NCBI RefSeq assembly: GCF_006345805.1
Contig: NC_043019.1
Location: 558,001 to 622,000, forward strand
Source: Octopus sinensis
Taxonomy: Eukaryota
Reading direction: 5' to 3'
Length of the DNA stretch: 64,000 nt
The translations under genes and the position numbers were made by a program. The notes under the pieces are model-generated. The model did no database searches. It saw only the letters and a list, made by a program, of their open reading frames with translations, and was not told the origin of the DNA. Positions 51,427 through 63,918 of the stretch are shown here, piece by piece; the stretch's first letter is position 1, and every line of letters starts with the position of its first letter.

Positions 51427-52160
51427 GGATCTTTTCGGTTTGAACGGCAGTTTTTAACATAATTTCTAGGTAACAAATAAATTTTAAATTTCGCATACTG
51501 GTAGAATGTGTTTATAAAACATCTTTTTCTCTTGGCTTTATTTAGAAAATTCTATAGATTGTAAGATGTTTGTTGTTTTTTGTTTCAATTTCTGCAGTTT
51601 CAACCAATCAGTGACGTCTATAGAGTTAAAAACATTCTGTGCCGTATGAATATGTCCCGCGTTTAAGAAACAGATTGGTTTTATTTACATTTGTGAAGAA
51701 AAAAAGATACCTTCCCTCCACCCCTAACTCTAACCCTAACTAACCCTAACTCTAACCCTAACCCTAACCCTAAAAGAGAATGAAATGCAACAGATCGATA
51801 CTATGGTCATAATCATGGGTGACAATTTCATATCACACCGCTAGTAAAAACTGCCGGTCAAACCGAAAAGATCCAAACTGTTTTCCAGTAATGTAAATTT
51901 AGGTCTTTATCGTCTATTGAGTTAAAAACATTCTGTGCCGTATGAATATGTCCCGCGTTTAAGAAACAGATTGGTTTTATTTACATTTGTGAAGAAAAAA
52001 GATACCCTTCTCTCCCACCCCTAACCCTAACCCTAATCCGAACTAACCCTAAACTTAAAGCAGATTGAAATGCAATAGATCAATACTAGGGTCATAATTA
52101 TGGGTGACAATTTCATATGACACCGCTAGAAAAAAACTGCCGTTCAAACTGAAAAGATCC
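51427..52160. mobile_element. Compound Merlin-like MITE with (CCCTAA)n
   Basis: Full unit 51427-51874, ~35 bp filler, repeat of the 3' half to 52160; one 8-bp TSD CACTATAA flanks the whole. Confidence 0.88.
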
Positions 52161-52345
52161 CACTATAATACAATCTTTGTCATGTGTGCGTTGATTGAAG
52201 AGATGGTCAGATGTTAACGGCAGTCCAGCAGAAACCACACTGTGTATCTAAGACAACGTTACCTAATACGTTCGTCCCTTTATTAAAATAGTAGAATCGG
52301 AAATAAGGTACGTTTGCGTACTATTTCTATTGACCAAGCAATTAC

Positions 52346-52738
52346 TTTGTCACCATTTCATTGCTTCTTGTAGTCAATACTACGGTACAGACCCAGAAGC
52401 TTCTTGTAGTCAATACTACGGTACAGACCCAGAAGCTTCTTGTAGTCAATACTACGGTACAGACCCAGAATCTTCTTGTAGTCAATACTACGGTATAGAC
52501 CCAGAAGCTTCTTGTAGTCAATACTACGGTACAGACCCAGCTTAGGAATAAATTTAGGATTTCTTGGTTTTCTGTGAATCGATTTTGACAAATTTCTTTC
52601 CCAGCTGGTTTGCACGCTATGGCGACACAATACTTGATTTCATTATTCTTAGTAACGTCCTTTCTTATTTGTTCCAGATTCTTCAGACTTCGGGCGAACC
52701 ACGCTGATAGATTTTGTAGTGCAGCCACACATTTTTGG
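52346..52738 (-). pseudogene. Open 393-nt phase 2-2 exon candidate containing a 12-codon repeat
   Basis: TTTTATTGTTTTCAG acceptor, AA|GTAATT donor; QKCVAALQNLSAWFARSLKNLEQIRKDVTKNNEIKYCVAIAC.. Confidence 0.5.
52363..52540. repeat. 36-bp minisatellite x5
   Basis: GCTTCTTGTAGTCAATACTACGGTACAGACCCAGAA. Confidence 0.97.
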
Positions 52739-52789
52739 CTGAAAACAATAAAATAGTATGTTTGTCTTTCTCTCGCTCTCTCTCTCTCT

Positions 52790-52824
<35 letters not shown>

Positions 52825-53420
52825 TATGAATATAATTATAATTAGGGTTCAGCAAAAATTTGCTTCACCACATACCTAAATATAGAAATAGCAGTTAAAA
52901 CTAACTATTTCACTACCATAAGAAAATCTCCCATATGTATATATATATATATATATATATACAAAAATTCAGGGTGAGTACTTGATAATTGTAAGCACCT
53001 GTATATACCGTTTGGTGGTGTAGGTGGTGGAGTAAATTAATCAAAATAAAAACTTGATGCCAAGGATTCAGCGTTACATATGTTTCGGGCCTTTATTAGA
53101 AGGATTTATAGCAATGCATAATGTGTGTCTATGGCATTCTTCAGCCGCGCACAATTACTACTTCAAGGACATGTATTACATCAAAAATTCTACGTTGGGG
53201 ATGCAAATCCTCTCAGTCGCGTACGACATTATGCGGTACCGGCACAAAAATGAAGCGTCCAGCCGGTCTTTCTCTCAATGTAGAATGAGGAAGTTTGGAT
53301 GTTGAGGTAATATAAATATATATATACATATATATATATACATATATATATATATAATAGTAACTATATTAGGAGTATAGCTCCAAAATTCAATTTAGTA
53401 TTAAATCAAATTTCGCAGTA

Positions 53421-53830
53421 TGAATATATAAAATATGAATTAGAGATAAATCCACTATTATGCAACTGAAACAGTGATAGTCATAAACCAATACATAAAT
53501 AACAAATAAAATAACTGTAATGATATATATATATATATATATATGTATATAGGTGTGTGTGTGTGTGTTTGTGTGTGTTATTTTTTATTTATTTAATTAT
53601 TTATTTTTTATTTTTATTTTTTATTTTTTATAAGTAGAAAAAGAATGATATTATCATTCTTTTCATACTTGTAAAAAAATATTTTTTAAATAATTAAATA
53701 AAAAAATATATATATATTATATTTTATATTAATTATAGTTATATTATTTGTTATTTATGTATTGGTTTATGTCTATCACTGTTTGAGTTGCATAATAGTG
53801 GTTTTATCTCTAATTCATATTTTATACATA
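53421..53830. mobile_element. TA-embedded fold-back, ~100 bp arms
   Basis: 53421-53520 inverts 53733-53830; microsatellite spacer. Confidence 0.85.
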
Positions 53831-53871
53831 TATATATATATATATATATATGAATATATGTATATATAAAG

Positions 53872-54201
53872 AACCCCTTCGGTCATGAATGACCATGGGA
53901 TTGCACCTAGAAAGTTACCCTCCTAGACATAAGTCCGGGCAAGGTTGTTTATGGAAGACCAGCAGTCGCCCATGCATACCGGCCTCCCCTCATCCACGCC
54001 ACCAGTGTTATCCAGGGAAAGACAAAGGTCGATACAGCTTGGCACCATGACGTCGCAACTCATTTCTACAGCTGAGTGAACTGGAGCACGTGAAATAAAG
54101 TGCCTTGCTCAAAACACAACACCCAGCCCGGTCCGGTATTCAAACTCACACAACCTCACGATCGTAAGCTCGACGCTCTAACCACTGAGCCATGCGCCTT
54201 C
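53872..54201 (-). mobile_element. tRNA/CORE-like SINE with RTE-like tail
   Basis: tRNA head, CORE-like CAGCTGAGTGAACTGGAGCA..TTGCTCAA, terminal hairpin GGTCAT-TC-ATGACC. Confidence 0.75.
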
Positions 54202-54247
<46 letters not shown>

Positions 54248-55115
54248 AATATATGAATATATATGTTATATATATGAATATGTAATATATATATATCTGT
54301 GTATATATATATATATATATAGTAGATATATATATATATATATATGTATGTATATTATATATACATATATATACACACATATATGTACGTGTGTATGTGT
54401 GTGTTTGAGTGTGTTTGCGTATGTGTTATTTTGAATAACACATTAGTTAAATAGCGACTGAACGACCGGCAGTATTGTCCAGGGAAATTATGAAACAGTT
54501 ACAAATTCTTCCAAGTCTGCTTTTGCATATGCTCACACATAATATTAATTGTCTTTCGATTAAATAACAAAAATAATCTCGAATATATATATATATATTT
54601 ATATATATTTATGTGTGTGTGTCTGTGTGTATGTTTGTTTGTATATATATATCTACTTATATTTTAGGAACAATAAAATGTCTGCTATACAATCACTTAT
54701 CACAATATTTGAAAATCTTTTTAATTAATATTTATCTAAAAAATCTTTAGAAACCCAGAGATATCTAGATTTCCTGTTGGTCTTTTGCATAGATAATTTT
54801 ATTAGATAAATTTCAACAAAAAGTTTTTCAAATATGCATACATTCACGCACACATATATATACACATACACGCACGCTCATATTTCGCTTTTATTCGTAT
54901 ATTTCTTTCAGTCATTTGACTGCAGTCATGCTGGAGCAACACTGGAAAGTGTTTTTTGTCGGAGAAATCGACTCCAGGATTTGTTACGTAAGATTAAAAC
55001 TTTTCTATCTGTTCTTTTTGACGAAATTCTACATTGTAGGGACGTAAACACACCAACATCGGCTGCCAAGCAATGGAGGAATGCAAATAGAGACCCACAA
55101 TATATATATATATAA

Positions 55116-55327
55116 AGGTAATCCAAACATGAAAGCACAAAAAAAACACGACAACGCGAGGACGTGGAACAAATATAGTATTATTGGACGCTCAGGAAAG
55201 AAGGAAAGAAGGAGGGTTTAACGTTTCGAGCAGAGCTCTTCGTCGGAAACATAGGAGAAGGAAAGATCCAGAGAAGGGAGACAGAGGGAAAAAATCGCCA
55301 ACGGTACACACACGGTCACATTTTGAA
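55116..55327 (-). mobile_element. TA-embedded PLE-type terminal fragment, family P4
   Basis: Shares ACGCTCAGGAA and hammerhead geometry with P1. Confidence 0.7.
55216..55250 (-). ncRNA. Minimal hammerhead fold, U4C core
   Basis: GTTT-CCGACGA-A-GAGC(TCT)GCTC-GAAA-CG-TT-AAAC. Confidence 0.65.
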
Positions 55328-55582
55328 TATATATATATATATATATATACATATTTGCGACGGGCCTCTTATAGTTTCTGTAACCAAATTCCACCCGTAA
55401 AGCTTTATTGGTGCGAGGATATAGTAAAGACACTTAACCAAAGTGCCATATAGTGGGACTGAACCCAGAAACATGTGGCTGAGAACCAAGCTTCTTACAA
55501 CATCCTCAAACACAAACACACATACACAATACTTTAACTATTAATGTTGATTTGTATATAAATAAAGGCATATATATTTAGG

Positions 55583-55965
55583 CACTTTTGGCTGCGGCTA
55601 TGCTGGGGCGTTGTTTTGAATAGTTTCAGTCGCACAAATCAACATCAGGAGTGATTTTTTAAAAGCTTGGTACTTATTCCATCACTCTATTGTGGCAAAG
55701 CGCTAAGTTACGTCGATGTAAACACACCAACACCGGTTGTCGAGCGGCGGTTGGGGACAAATAGACACAAAGACACATACATGTAGATATGTAAGTATAT
55801 GTGCGATGGGCTTCTTTCAATTTCCGTCTACCAAATCCACTCATAAGGTTTTGGTCGGCCTGAGACTACAGTAGACGCCAGCTGCCCAAAGTGCCATGAA
55901 CGGAACACGAGACTGAACCCAGGTCCACGTTGTTGAGAAACAAGCTTCTTACCACAACGATATGC
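55583..55965 (-). mobile_element. SINE family A, old
   Basis: Diverged reverse-complement match. Confidence 0.78.
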
Positions 55966-56353
55966 CACGTATTATATATAATGGTTGTATAATTTGTATA
56001 ATATATATATATGGTTGTATAATTTTCATGAAGTATTGTTAGAGACTTGTATATATATATATATATATATATATCTATATATATATATATATATATATAT
56101 CTATATATATATTAAATCTATATATATATGTATGTGTGTGTGTGTGTGTTATGTAATATAAAATATAAGGGGAATATTTATATAACCACTATGTGGAAAA
56201 CCTTACGCTAGAAGAAGATCCGCTATATTCCCTCTTATATTATGTATGAAATATTATTTATTGAATCTCAGTTTTTTATACGCTAGACTACTGCTGTTTA
56301 AAATGGATGTTATCAAATTATAACCAATTTTTCACCCTCATTTGATATATATG

Positions 56354-56421
<68 letters not shown>

Positions 56422-56442
56422 TATACATACTTATACATATCA

Positions 56443-56709
56443 GCTGAATAAAGTTAAAACATGGTCTGGTTTCCACGATTTTTTATTATTTTATTTTACA
56501 TTAAAAAATATTTGTAATGCTCATAAAATTAAATTAGCGCTCTCATACATAGTGTAATCATCAAACTTCAAGAACTCAGCTATCAGTGAAACACATTTCG
56601 TATGTTTGAGATCGCTAGATTGATTTTATGAGCATTACAAAATATTTTTTAAATGTTAAATAGCACAGTAAAAATCGTGAAACCGGACGATACTTTAACT
56701 TTATTCAAC
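56443..56709. mobile_element. TA-embedded fold-back, ~105 bp arms
   Basis: 56443-56545 inverts 56607-56709. Confidence 0.82.
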
Positions 56710-56753
56710 ATATTATTCTACACACGAATCCGAAACAATGCATACATACATAG

Positions 56754-56821
<68 letters not shown>

Positions 56822-56830
56822 CACACACAC

Positions 56831-56873
<43 letters not shown>

Positions 56874-56922
56874 AATATTAAATTTCTAAATATCTCATAC
56901 AGATATGTACGGTGGTGGGGCG

Positions 56923-57038
56923 ATATAATGGTTGTATACTGTCAACTTAACGTGACAGTAAGGGATTACACACCGCTGTTTAGCCCTAGGAGGCATCGAA
57001 CGGTTCCTGTCGATACAACCAGTATACAACCATTATAT
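56923..57038. mobile_element. 116-bp element with 19-bp TIR
   Basis: ATATAATGGTTGTATACTG..CAGTATACAACCATTATAT; the same terminal motif recurs at 55977-56010. Confidence 0.75.
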
Positions 57039-57046
57039 ATATATAT

Positions 57047-57420
57047 AGAAATCAAATATAAAATATAAAATATGAATTACAAAGTGGGACGGATGCCCGC
57101 TGTGTTTGTCCTGCTAACCATTCTTGTTTTTTATGTCTATTTTTTGTTTCTTGTATTTATATTCGTGTGGCATCCTGTCTTTGTTTCGTATACATTCGTC
57201 CTCTTTCTAAGAAATCTAATGCCTGTGGCTTAGTTCTTGGGGCTGGCCGGTTCGGCGTGATATCGAGATTAAACAGCCGAAATTGCTAAGATGATCCGGT
57301 TCCGACTGAAGATTAGAGGCTTCGAGTGACCCGTCTGTTTTTTTGTGTCGTCTCTTTGTGTGTTTTTGCGTTCTTGTCCCACTTTGTAATTTATATTTTT
57401 AATTTCATATTTGATTTCTA
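57047..57420 (+). mobile_element. Family P3 element with ~45 bp inverted termini
   Basis: AGAAATCAAATAT..TTACAAAGTGGGAC / GTCCCACTTTGTAA..ATTTGATTTCT in (TA)n. Confidence 0.85.
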
Positions 57421-57471
57421 TATATAATATAAGGCGGCGTAACGTACCCCTATCTCCTATGTATACATATA

Positions 57472-57540
<69 letters not shown>

Positions 57541-58620
57541 CACGGAAAAAGTGGCTAGCAAGCCGATACAGAGAAGCGGACCCTGTACCTTTCAAATTCC
57601 GACAGATGCATACATATATACATACACACACGCACACGTAGGCACGTACGCACATACGCACGCACTCACACACTATATGGGTGTTTCATTTTACGAATAT
57701 ATGTTGCTCGATCAGAAATGACCTGATGTATACAACACCAGCAACGACAACAGTATCAATAAAAACGCTTCAATGCTGTGGATAACAATCTGTTGTTACG
57801 GAAATCTTATATTATTTTCATGATTGTCATCGTTGAAATTAGATGCAACTTAAGAAATGCATTTTCTTCGCTTCCCTTCTGATAAACCCACCACTCAAAA
57901 TATTCCTCTTTCATTCCATCATTTCAAGCTGAGGAAATACGAAACACTTTTTTGAATGTATGTTGGCGTTATTCAAGCATTAAATCACTTTGCCACCCGA
58001 ACTATCATGTTCCTACGCATTTATGAAAACCCGAGACATTACATCATCCAGTTATTCGTTATGTTTTTTATTTTCTCCTTTGAATGGTGTCACTTTGTAA
58101 TAATGAAAATATGTAAAAAAAAAAAAACAATTAATAAATAAAAGATGCTGTTCCCAGTGTATGGAATACTGAGCACAGGAAGAAAGTTGTCAGGAAAAGT
58201 TTGGTCGTTAAGATAGGTTTAACATTAGGTGTTTATGGGGAAAGGAATTACCTGACAATGAAACAAAACCAATACGCCAATTTAACCCCCCAGCATGGCA
58301 GTTTTCATTTCCTATTTTCGTTCTACGAATGAAAAAAAAATAAAGCAAACAGAAAGTGAGCATTAAGTATTTAGAAGGTAATCATTTTCCAGTATATGTT
58401 TCTCCTCTGAAATCACAGATCTCTGGTGTTTTCCTGTAGATAAAGATCACCATCCAAACAGAATGCTCTGTTATTTAAATTAAATGTCTAAAATTAATGC
58501 ATTATTGCTTTTAGTTGTCTCTTACCTGTCTTTCATGCGTTTATTACACGTGCAAGCAAAACCTGTGCCCCCTTGGGTGTGTACAGTGCTGTGTTGGGTT
58601 ATGTTGACAGTATTCTATAT

Positions 58621-58765
58621 AAGGCGGCTAGCTGGCAGAAACGTTAGCACGCCGGGCGAAATGCGTAGCCGTATTTCGTCTGCCGTAACGTTCTGAGTTC
58701 AAATTCCGCCGAGGTCGACTTTGCTTTTCATCCTTTCGGGGTCGATGAATAAATTACCAGTTACT
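58621..58765 (+). mobile_element. SINE family C 5' part
   Basis: Head match. Confidence 0.9.
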
Positions 58766-58844
58766 CACTTATACTCACTGCACCTTATACTCTTTTTTTA
58801 CAATGTTCCCTGCTAAGCATACTAGCCTTACATTATATAGAATA

Positions 58845-59072
58845 CTTATTTCTTTACTACCCACAAGGGTCTAAACACAGAGGGGACGAACAAGGACAGA
58901 CAAATGGATTAAGTCGATTATATCAACCCCAGTGCGTAACTGGTACTTAATTTATCGACCCCGAAAGGATGAAAGGCAAAATCGACCACGGCGGAATTTG
59001 AACTCAGAACGTAGCGGCAGACGAAATACCGCTAAGCATTTCGTCTGGGGTGCTAACGATTCTGCCAGCTCA
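58845..59072 (-). mobile_element. SINE family C
   Basis: Reverse-complement match. Confidence 0.92.
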
Positions 59073-59192
59073 AGATGTTTGGCAGAAGAATAGTTGTTGT
59101 TTTTGAATAAATTCTTGCACAAGAAAAAAACAACAACATTATTTTAACACGGCGCACGACCTTTATCCTCAACCTAGTATTATTACAGATTT

Positions 59193-59565
59193 AAGGCGGC
59201 CAGCTGGTGGGTTCGTTAACACGCCGCACAAAATACTTGGTAACATTTCTTCCGGTACTTTCTCTTCTGAGTTCACAATGCGCTAAGACCAACTCAGCTT
59301 TTCATCCTTCTAGGTCGCTAAAATAAGCATCATTCCGAACACTGGAATCTATTCAATCGCCCAATTACCTCTGTTAATATAGCTGAAACTGTATTTAGTT
59401 TATTTTTACGTTTTGAGTTCAAATTCCGCTGCCGGTGTCCACTTTGCCTTTTATCCTTTCGTGGTAGATAAATTGAGTACCAGTTGCGTATTGGGGTCGA
59501 TCTAATCAACTGGCCCTCTCCACCAAAATTTTGGTCCTTGTGCCCAGAGTAGAAAGGAATATTGC
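59193..59565 (+). mobile_element. SINE family C, degenerate units
   Basis: AAGGCGGCCAGCTGG; TTGAGTTCAAATTCCGC. Confidence 0.7.
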
Positions 59566-59623
59566 TGGAACTGTGTAAAAATGTGAAATAATATTATTAT
59601 TTATTCTAATATTAGAATCATTA

Positions 59624-60035
59624 TAGGCGCAGGAGTGGCTGTGTGGTTAGTAGTTTGCCTACTAACCACATGGTTCCGGGTTCAGTCCCACTGCGTGGCA
59701 CCTTGGGTAAGTGTCTTCTACTATAGCGTCGGGCCGACCAAAGCCTTGTGAGTGGATTTGGTAGACGGAAACTGAAAGAAGCCCGTCGTATATATGTATA
59801 TATATATATGTGCGTGTACGTTTGTGTGTCTGTGTTTGTCCCCTAGCATTGCTTGACAACCGATGCTGGTGTGCTTATGTCCCCGTCACCTAGCGGTTCG
59901 GCAAAAGAGACCGATACAATAAGTACTGGGCTTACAACGAATATGTCCCGGGGTCGAGTTGCTCGACTAAAGGCGGTGCTCCAGCATGGCCGCAGTCAAT
60001 TGACTGAAACAAGTAAAAGAGAAAAAGAGAAAGAG
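59624..60035 (+). mobile_element. SINE family A
   Basis: Full length. Confidence 0.93.
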
Positions 60036-60575
60036 AATATGTTGACAGTGTCTCCACCCTAAACAGCTTTTTCCGATTCTCTTGTGTAAAAATATTATTG
60101 TTATGTCCATCGTCGATGGCGACGAAGACACTCATAATTTCATTTATTATGCATATGTGCTTGTATAGGAAGTTAAAATGTCTGCCTATCATAAAACTGA
60201 GTAGATTAAAAGGTGATTAATCATCAGTCCTAGAATTGGCTCAACAATTCTTTCCCATAACGTACAGAATTGACCACATTGTGTATACACGAACCGTTAC
60301 GAGACAAGTGTGAAATATGATATATGAAGTTTTTATATCGGTTTTAGCTAATAAGGATGTATATGGATAAGGATACATATGCATACATATATATACATAT
60401 ATATATATATATATACATATGTATATTTGTAAATGTACATAAATATGTATGTATGTATTTTCTGGCTCTCTCCCTCCCCCTCTCTCTCTCTCTATCTATA
60501 TATATGTATAATATACATACATATATATATTATATATATCTATATATATATATATATTATATATATATATATATG

Positions 60576-60634
<59 letters not shown>

Positions 60635-60635
60635 A

Positions 60636-60735
60636 AACAGCCGAAATCTGCGATGAGGGATCAGTTTCTGACTGAAGAATGAAGGCTTTGAATGACCCGT
60701 TTGTCCTTTTGTTCGTCCCTTCGTGTATTTCACGT
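60636..60735 (+). mobile_element. Truncated family P3 copy in (TA)n
   Basis: TAAACAGCCGAAAT..GACTGAAGA..TGACCCGT. Confidence 0.7.
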
Positions 60736-60840
60736 TATTTATTTATGTAAAGGTTTATTATATATATATATATATACATACATATATATATATATGCAGA
60801 AACACGAAAACACGTTACAATATACACATACATATTTGTA

Positions 60841-60893
<53 letters not shown>

Positions 60894-61371
60894 CATACAT
60901 ACACAACACACTGATATTGTTCTTAATCGAGTGTCGGTGTTGTAGCTGAACATAATTAATGAATACCAAATCACGATAGCTATCTCTTTAGTATCTTCAG
61001 TGAATCTCATTAAATATTCAACGTCGGAAATTCGATGAAAAATGGTCAACATATTCTATACTTAGAAGTGTATGGAGTTTGATACATGTTTTAATCAATT
61101 ATATTTAGCAAGGTTATGCATCTTATACACGATTTCTTCAAGTGTTTTGAGTCGAGTTACACATCTCTGCATCGAAATACGTATTCAACAAATTATCACG
61201 ATTTCCATTGACGTGTCTTCACGTTTGGCTGTAATTGACGTTTTACATTGCGGTTTACATCTCCTTTGTTGTATTTAGATTCGTATGTTTACTAAATCCA
61301 ATATGTGGGTGATTGGACCTTTAACGCATTTTGCTATTATTTATGCGATGCATAAGCTGCTCTAGATTGGG

Positions 61372-61755
61372 TGGAAGCACTCCGTCGGTTACGACGATGA
61401 GGGTTCCGGTTGATCCGATCAACAGAACAGCCTGCTCGTGAAATTAACGAGTAAGTGGCCGAGCACTCCATAGACACGTGTACCCTTAACGTAGTTCTCG
61501 GGGATATTCAGCGTGACACAGAGAGGGACAAGGCCGGCCCTTTGAAATACAGGTACAACAGAAACAGGAAGTAAGAGCGAGAGAGAAAGTTGTGGTTAAA
61601 GAGTAAAGCAGGGATCACCACCATCTCTGCCGGAGCCTCGTGGAGCTTTAGGTGTTTTCGCTCAATAAACACTCACAACGCCCGGTCTGGGAATCGAAAC
61701 CGCGATCCTATGACCACGAGTCCGCTGCCCTAACCACTGGGCCATTGCGCCTCCG
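61372..61755 (-). mobile_element. SINE family B, full length
   Basis: Reverse-complement match to 3116 and 17947. Confidence 0.93.
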
Positions 61756-61864
61756 CTCTCGATTAGCAGAGTTAGCGTAGCATACCTTCATTTTCTGTTT
61801 ATTAAAAATAGCATGATACCGATTAGATTTAGGAAAACATTTGTCCAAAGCAGCAAAAATTTAC

Positions 61865-62023
61865 ATATATACGACGGCCTTGTTTTAGGTTCCGTCTACC
61901 AAATACACTGACAAGGCTTTGATCGGCCCGAGGGACTTGCCTAATGTACCACGCAGTGGGACTGAAGCCGGAGCCACGTGGTTGGCAAGCAAGTTTCTTA
62001 CGACAGAGCCATGCCTGCGCCTA
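61865..62023 (-). mobile_element. SINE family A head half
   Basis: Reverse-complement match. Confidence 0.8.
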
Positions 62024-62334
62024 AATTAAAACTATACACCGCCATTCCAAACAGGATTAACACGTACTATGCAGAGAATATTGTGAACACACACCGTGTG
62101 TATTAATACATTACGCGTTCACAAAGAATTACAACACTAGAAAACGCATACACACACATAGAGCAAAACATACAGAATATTCCCCTATGACATCATCACA
62201 AGCATTAAAAATTGTGGCAAACACCACATTTCGAAATAAAAATATGACGCGTATACAAGAATTCACAAAACGTACATTCAAAATTTGAAGCAATTATAAA
62301 TATATAGCTGTAAACATTTATGTATATTTTATGC

Positions 62335-62770
62335 ATAGGCGTAGGAGTGGCTGTGTGGTAAGTAGCTTGCTTACCAACCAAATGGTTCCGGGTTCAGTCC
62401 TACTGCGTGGCACCTTGGGCAAGTGTCTTCTACTATAGCCTCGGGTCGACCAGAGCCTTGTGAGTGGATTTGGTAGACGGAAAATGAAAGAAGCCCGTCG
62501 TATGTATATATATATATATCTATATATATCTATATATGTGTGTGTGTGTTGTGTGCGTGTGTGTGTTTGTGTGTGTGTGTTTCCCCTCACCCAACATCGC
62601 TTGACAACAGATGCTGGAGTGTTTGCGTCCCCGTTATCTAGCGGTTCGACAAAAGGGAACGATAGAATAAGTACTAGGCTTACAAAGAATGAAGTCCTGG
62701 GGTCGATTTGCTCGACTAAAGGCGGTGCTCCAGCATGGCCGCAGTCAAATAACTTGAAACAAGTAAAAGA
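62335..62770 (+). mobile_element. SINE family A
   Basis: Full length. Confidence 0.92.
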
Positions 62771-63878
62771 GCATACATTCATTTTCTACTCTATCTTTCC
62801 CGTGCTTCCAGTGTTGTTCTGTTCTTTATTTGTCTCTTTTCAATGCGGTCATTCCAAAATAACGTGAAATTTCGATTTACAGATTTTTTTCTTCATCGCA
62901 ATTTGTTTTTTAAAATTTTTTCTATTTTTTATTTTTTCTTCAAATGAATTGTTTATGTCCGAAAGGTTACAGCATTTTCATTTCTAACTCTCTGGAGAAA
63001 GAATAAATTTTAAAACTTTCAAGGGGTTCTCATTGCGTGTGTATTATGATATTATGCATTAACATACACAAACACAAATACATACATACACACACAATCA
63101 CGGACGCACCCACACAAACACACGCACCCATAAAACAGAATATATGTATATATATATATATAATTATATTATATATATATATATATATTATATTATTGTA
63201 TATTCTGCGACGACTCTGATTACTAGCTGTCGAATTTACAATTCTGTAATATAATATAATATTTTTTCTAACCATTTATATATATATATATATATATTAT
63301 ATATATTTAATTTGAGTACATATGGTATCTGTGTGTCTGTGCGCGTACGTGGTGTGTGTGTTTTTGTGTTTGAATTATTCCAGTCGACAACTACTGAGAA
63401 CTCGGTTTACTTGACGAACGAAATGTTTATTTATGATTGGGCAACGCACTTATTCATACGCAACCCACACATCTGAATATAAATATTTCTCTTTTAGATC
63501 ATTATATATATTTGAGGTTAACCAGTTTGATATCTCGTCAAACTAAACACATGATATTCTGTTGTTACTGTTCTGTTCCGGGTCAGAATTGGTAGAAATG
63601 AAGCAGATTTAACCCATCCGTCATTTTACCACGTATAATATACTTATTACATTTTCCTTTATCTTTCTTGATGAGGGTGAAATTTACAATGCATCCCAGC
63701 ATGTAGAATTCACAGTTTATTTGGGGTTTTAATATGGATGTCAAATATATAAAATATCTCTAGATCTACAGTACTAGAGCACAGAATATTGTAGAGGAGT
63801 CACCGACTATATATCTGTCCGGTAGCGATTGGATATTTTCGCGTAAAGTTTGTTCCACCCCAACTGTGAATCATTTAC

Positions 63879-63918
63879 GTTTGTCTTCTCCTGGACCTTC
63901 TCCGGGATTCCGTGACAT
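63879..63918 (-). other. Possible first coding exon of the minus-strand gene
   Basis: ATG TCA CGG..GAC AAA C|GTAAAT (MSRNPGEGPGEDK) in a CpG-richer patch. Confidence 0.25.

Larger units (their letters stand above)
54895..55500 (-). mobile_element. SINE family A interrupted in its TA tract
   Basis: Tail half 54895-55115 and head half 55328-55500. Confidence 0.82.

Noticed and set aside
52363-52540. 36-bp direct repeats resembling a CRISPR array
   Set aside because: There are no spacers or cas genes; it is a eukaryotic minisatellite
54468-54520. CTGAACGA..GAAA hammerhead-like string
   Set aside because: The core has an extra base and no consistent stem I or III could be formed
56557-56610. 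TCAAAC-TTCAAGA-ACT..AGT-GAAA..GTA-TGTTTGA in the fold-back spacer
   Set aside because: Two core mismatches including G5, and the putative stem I overlaps the IR arm; too weak to call
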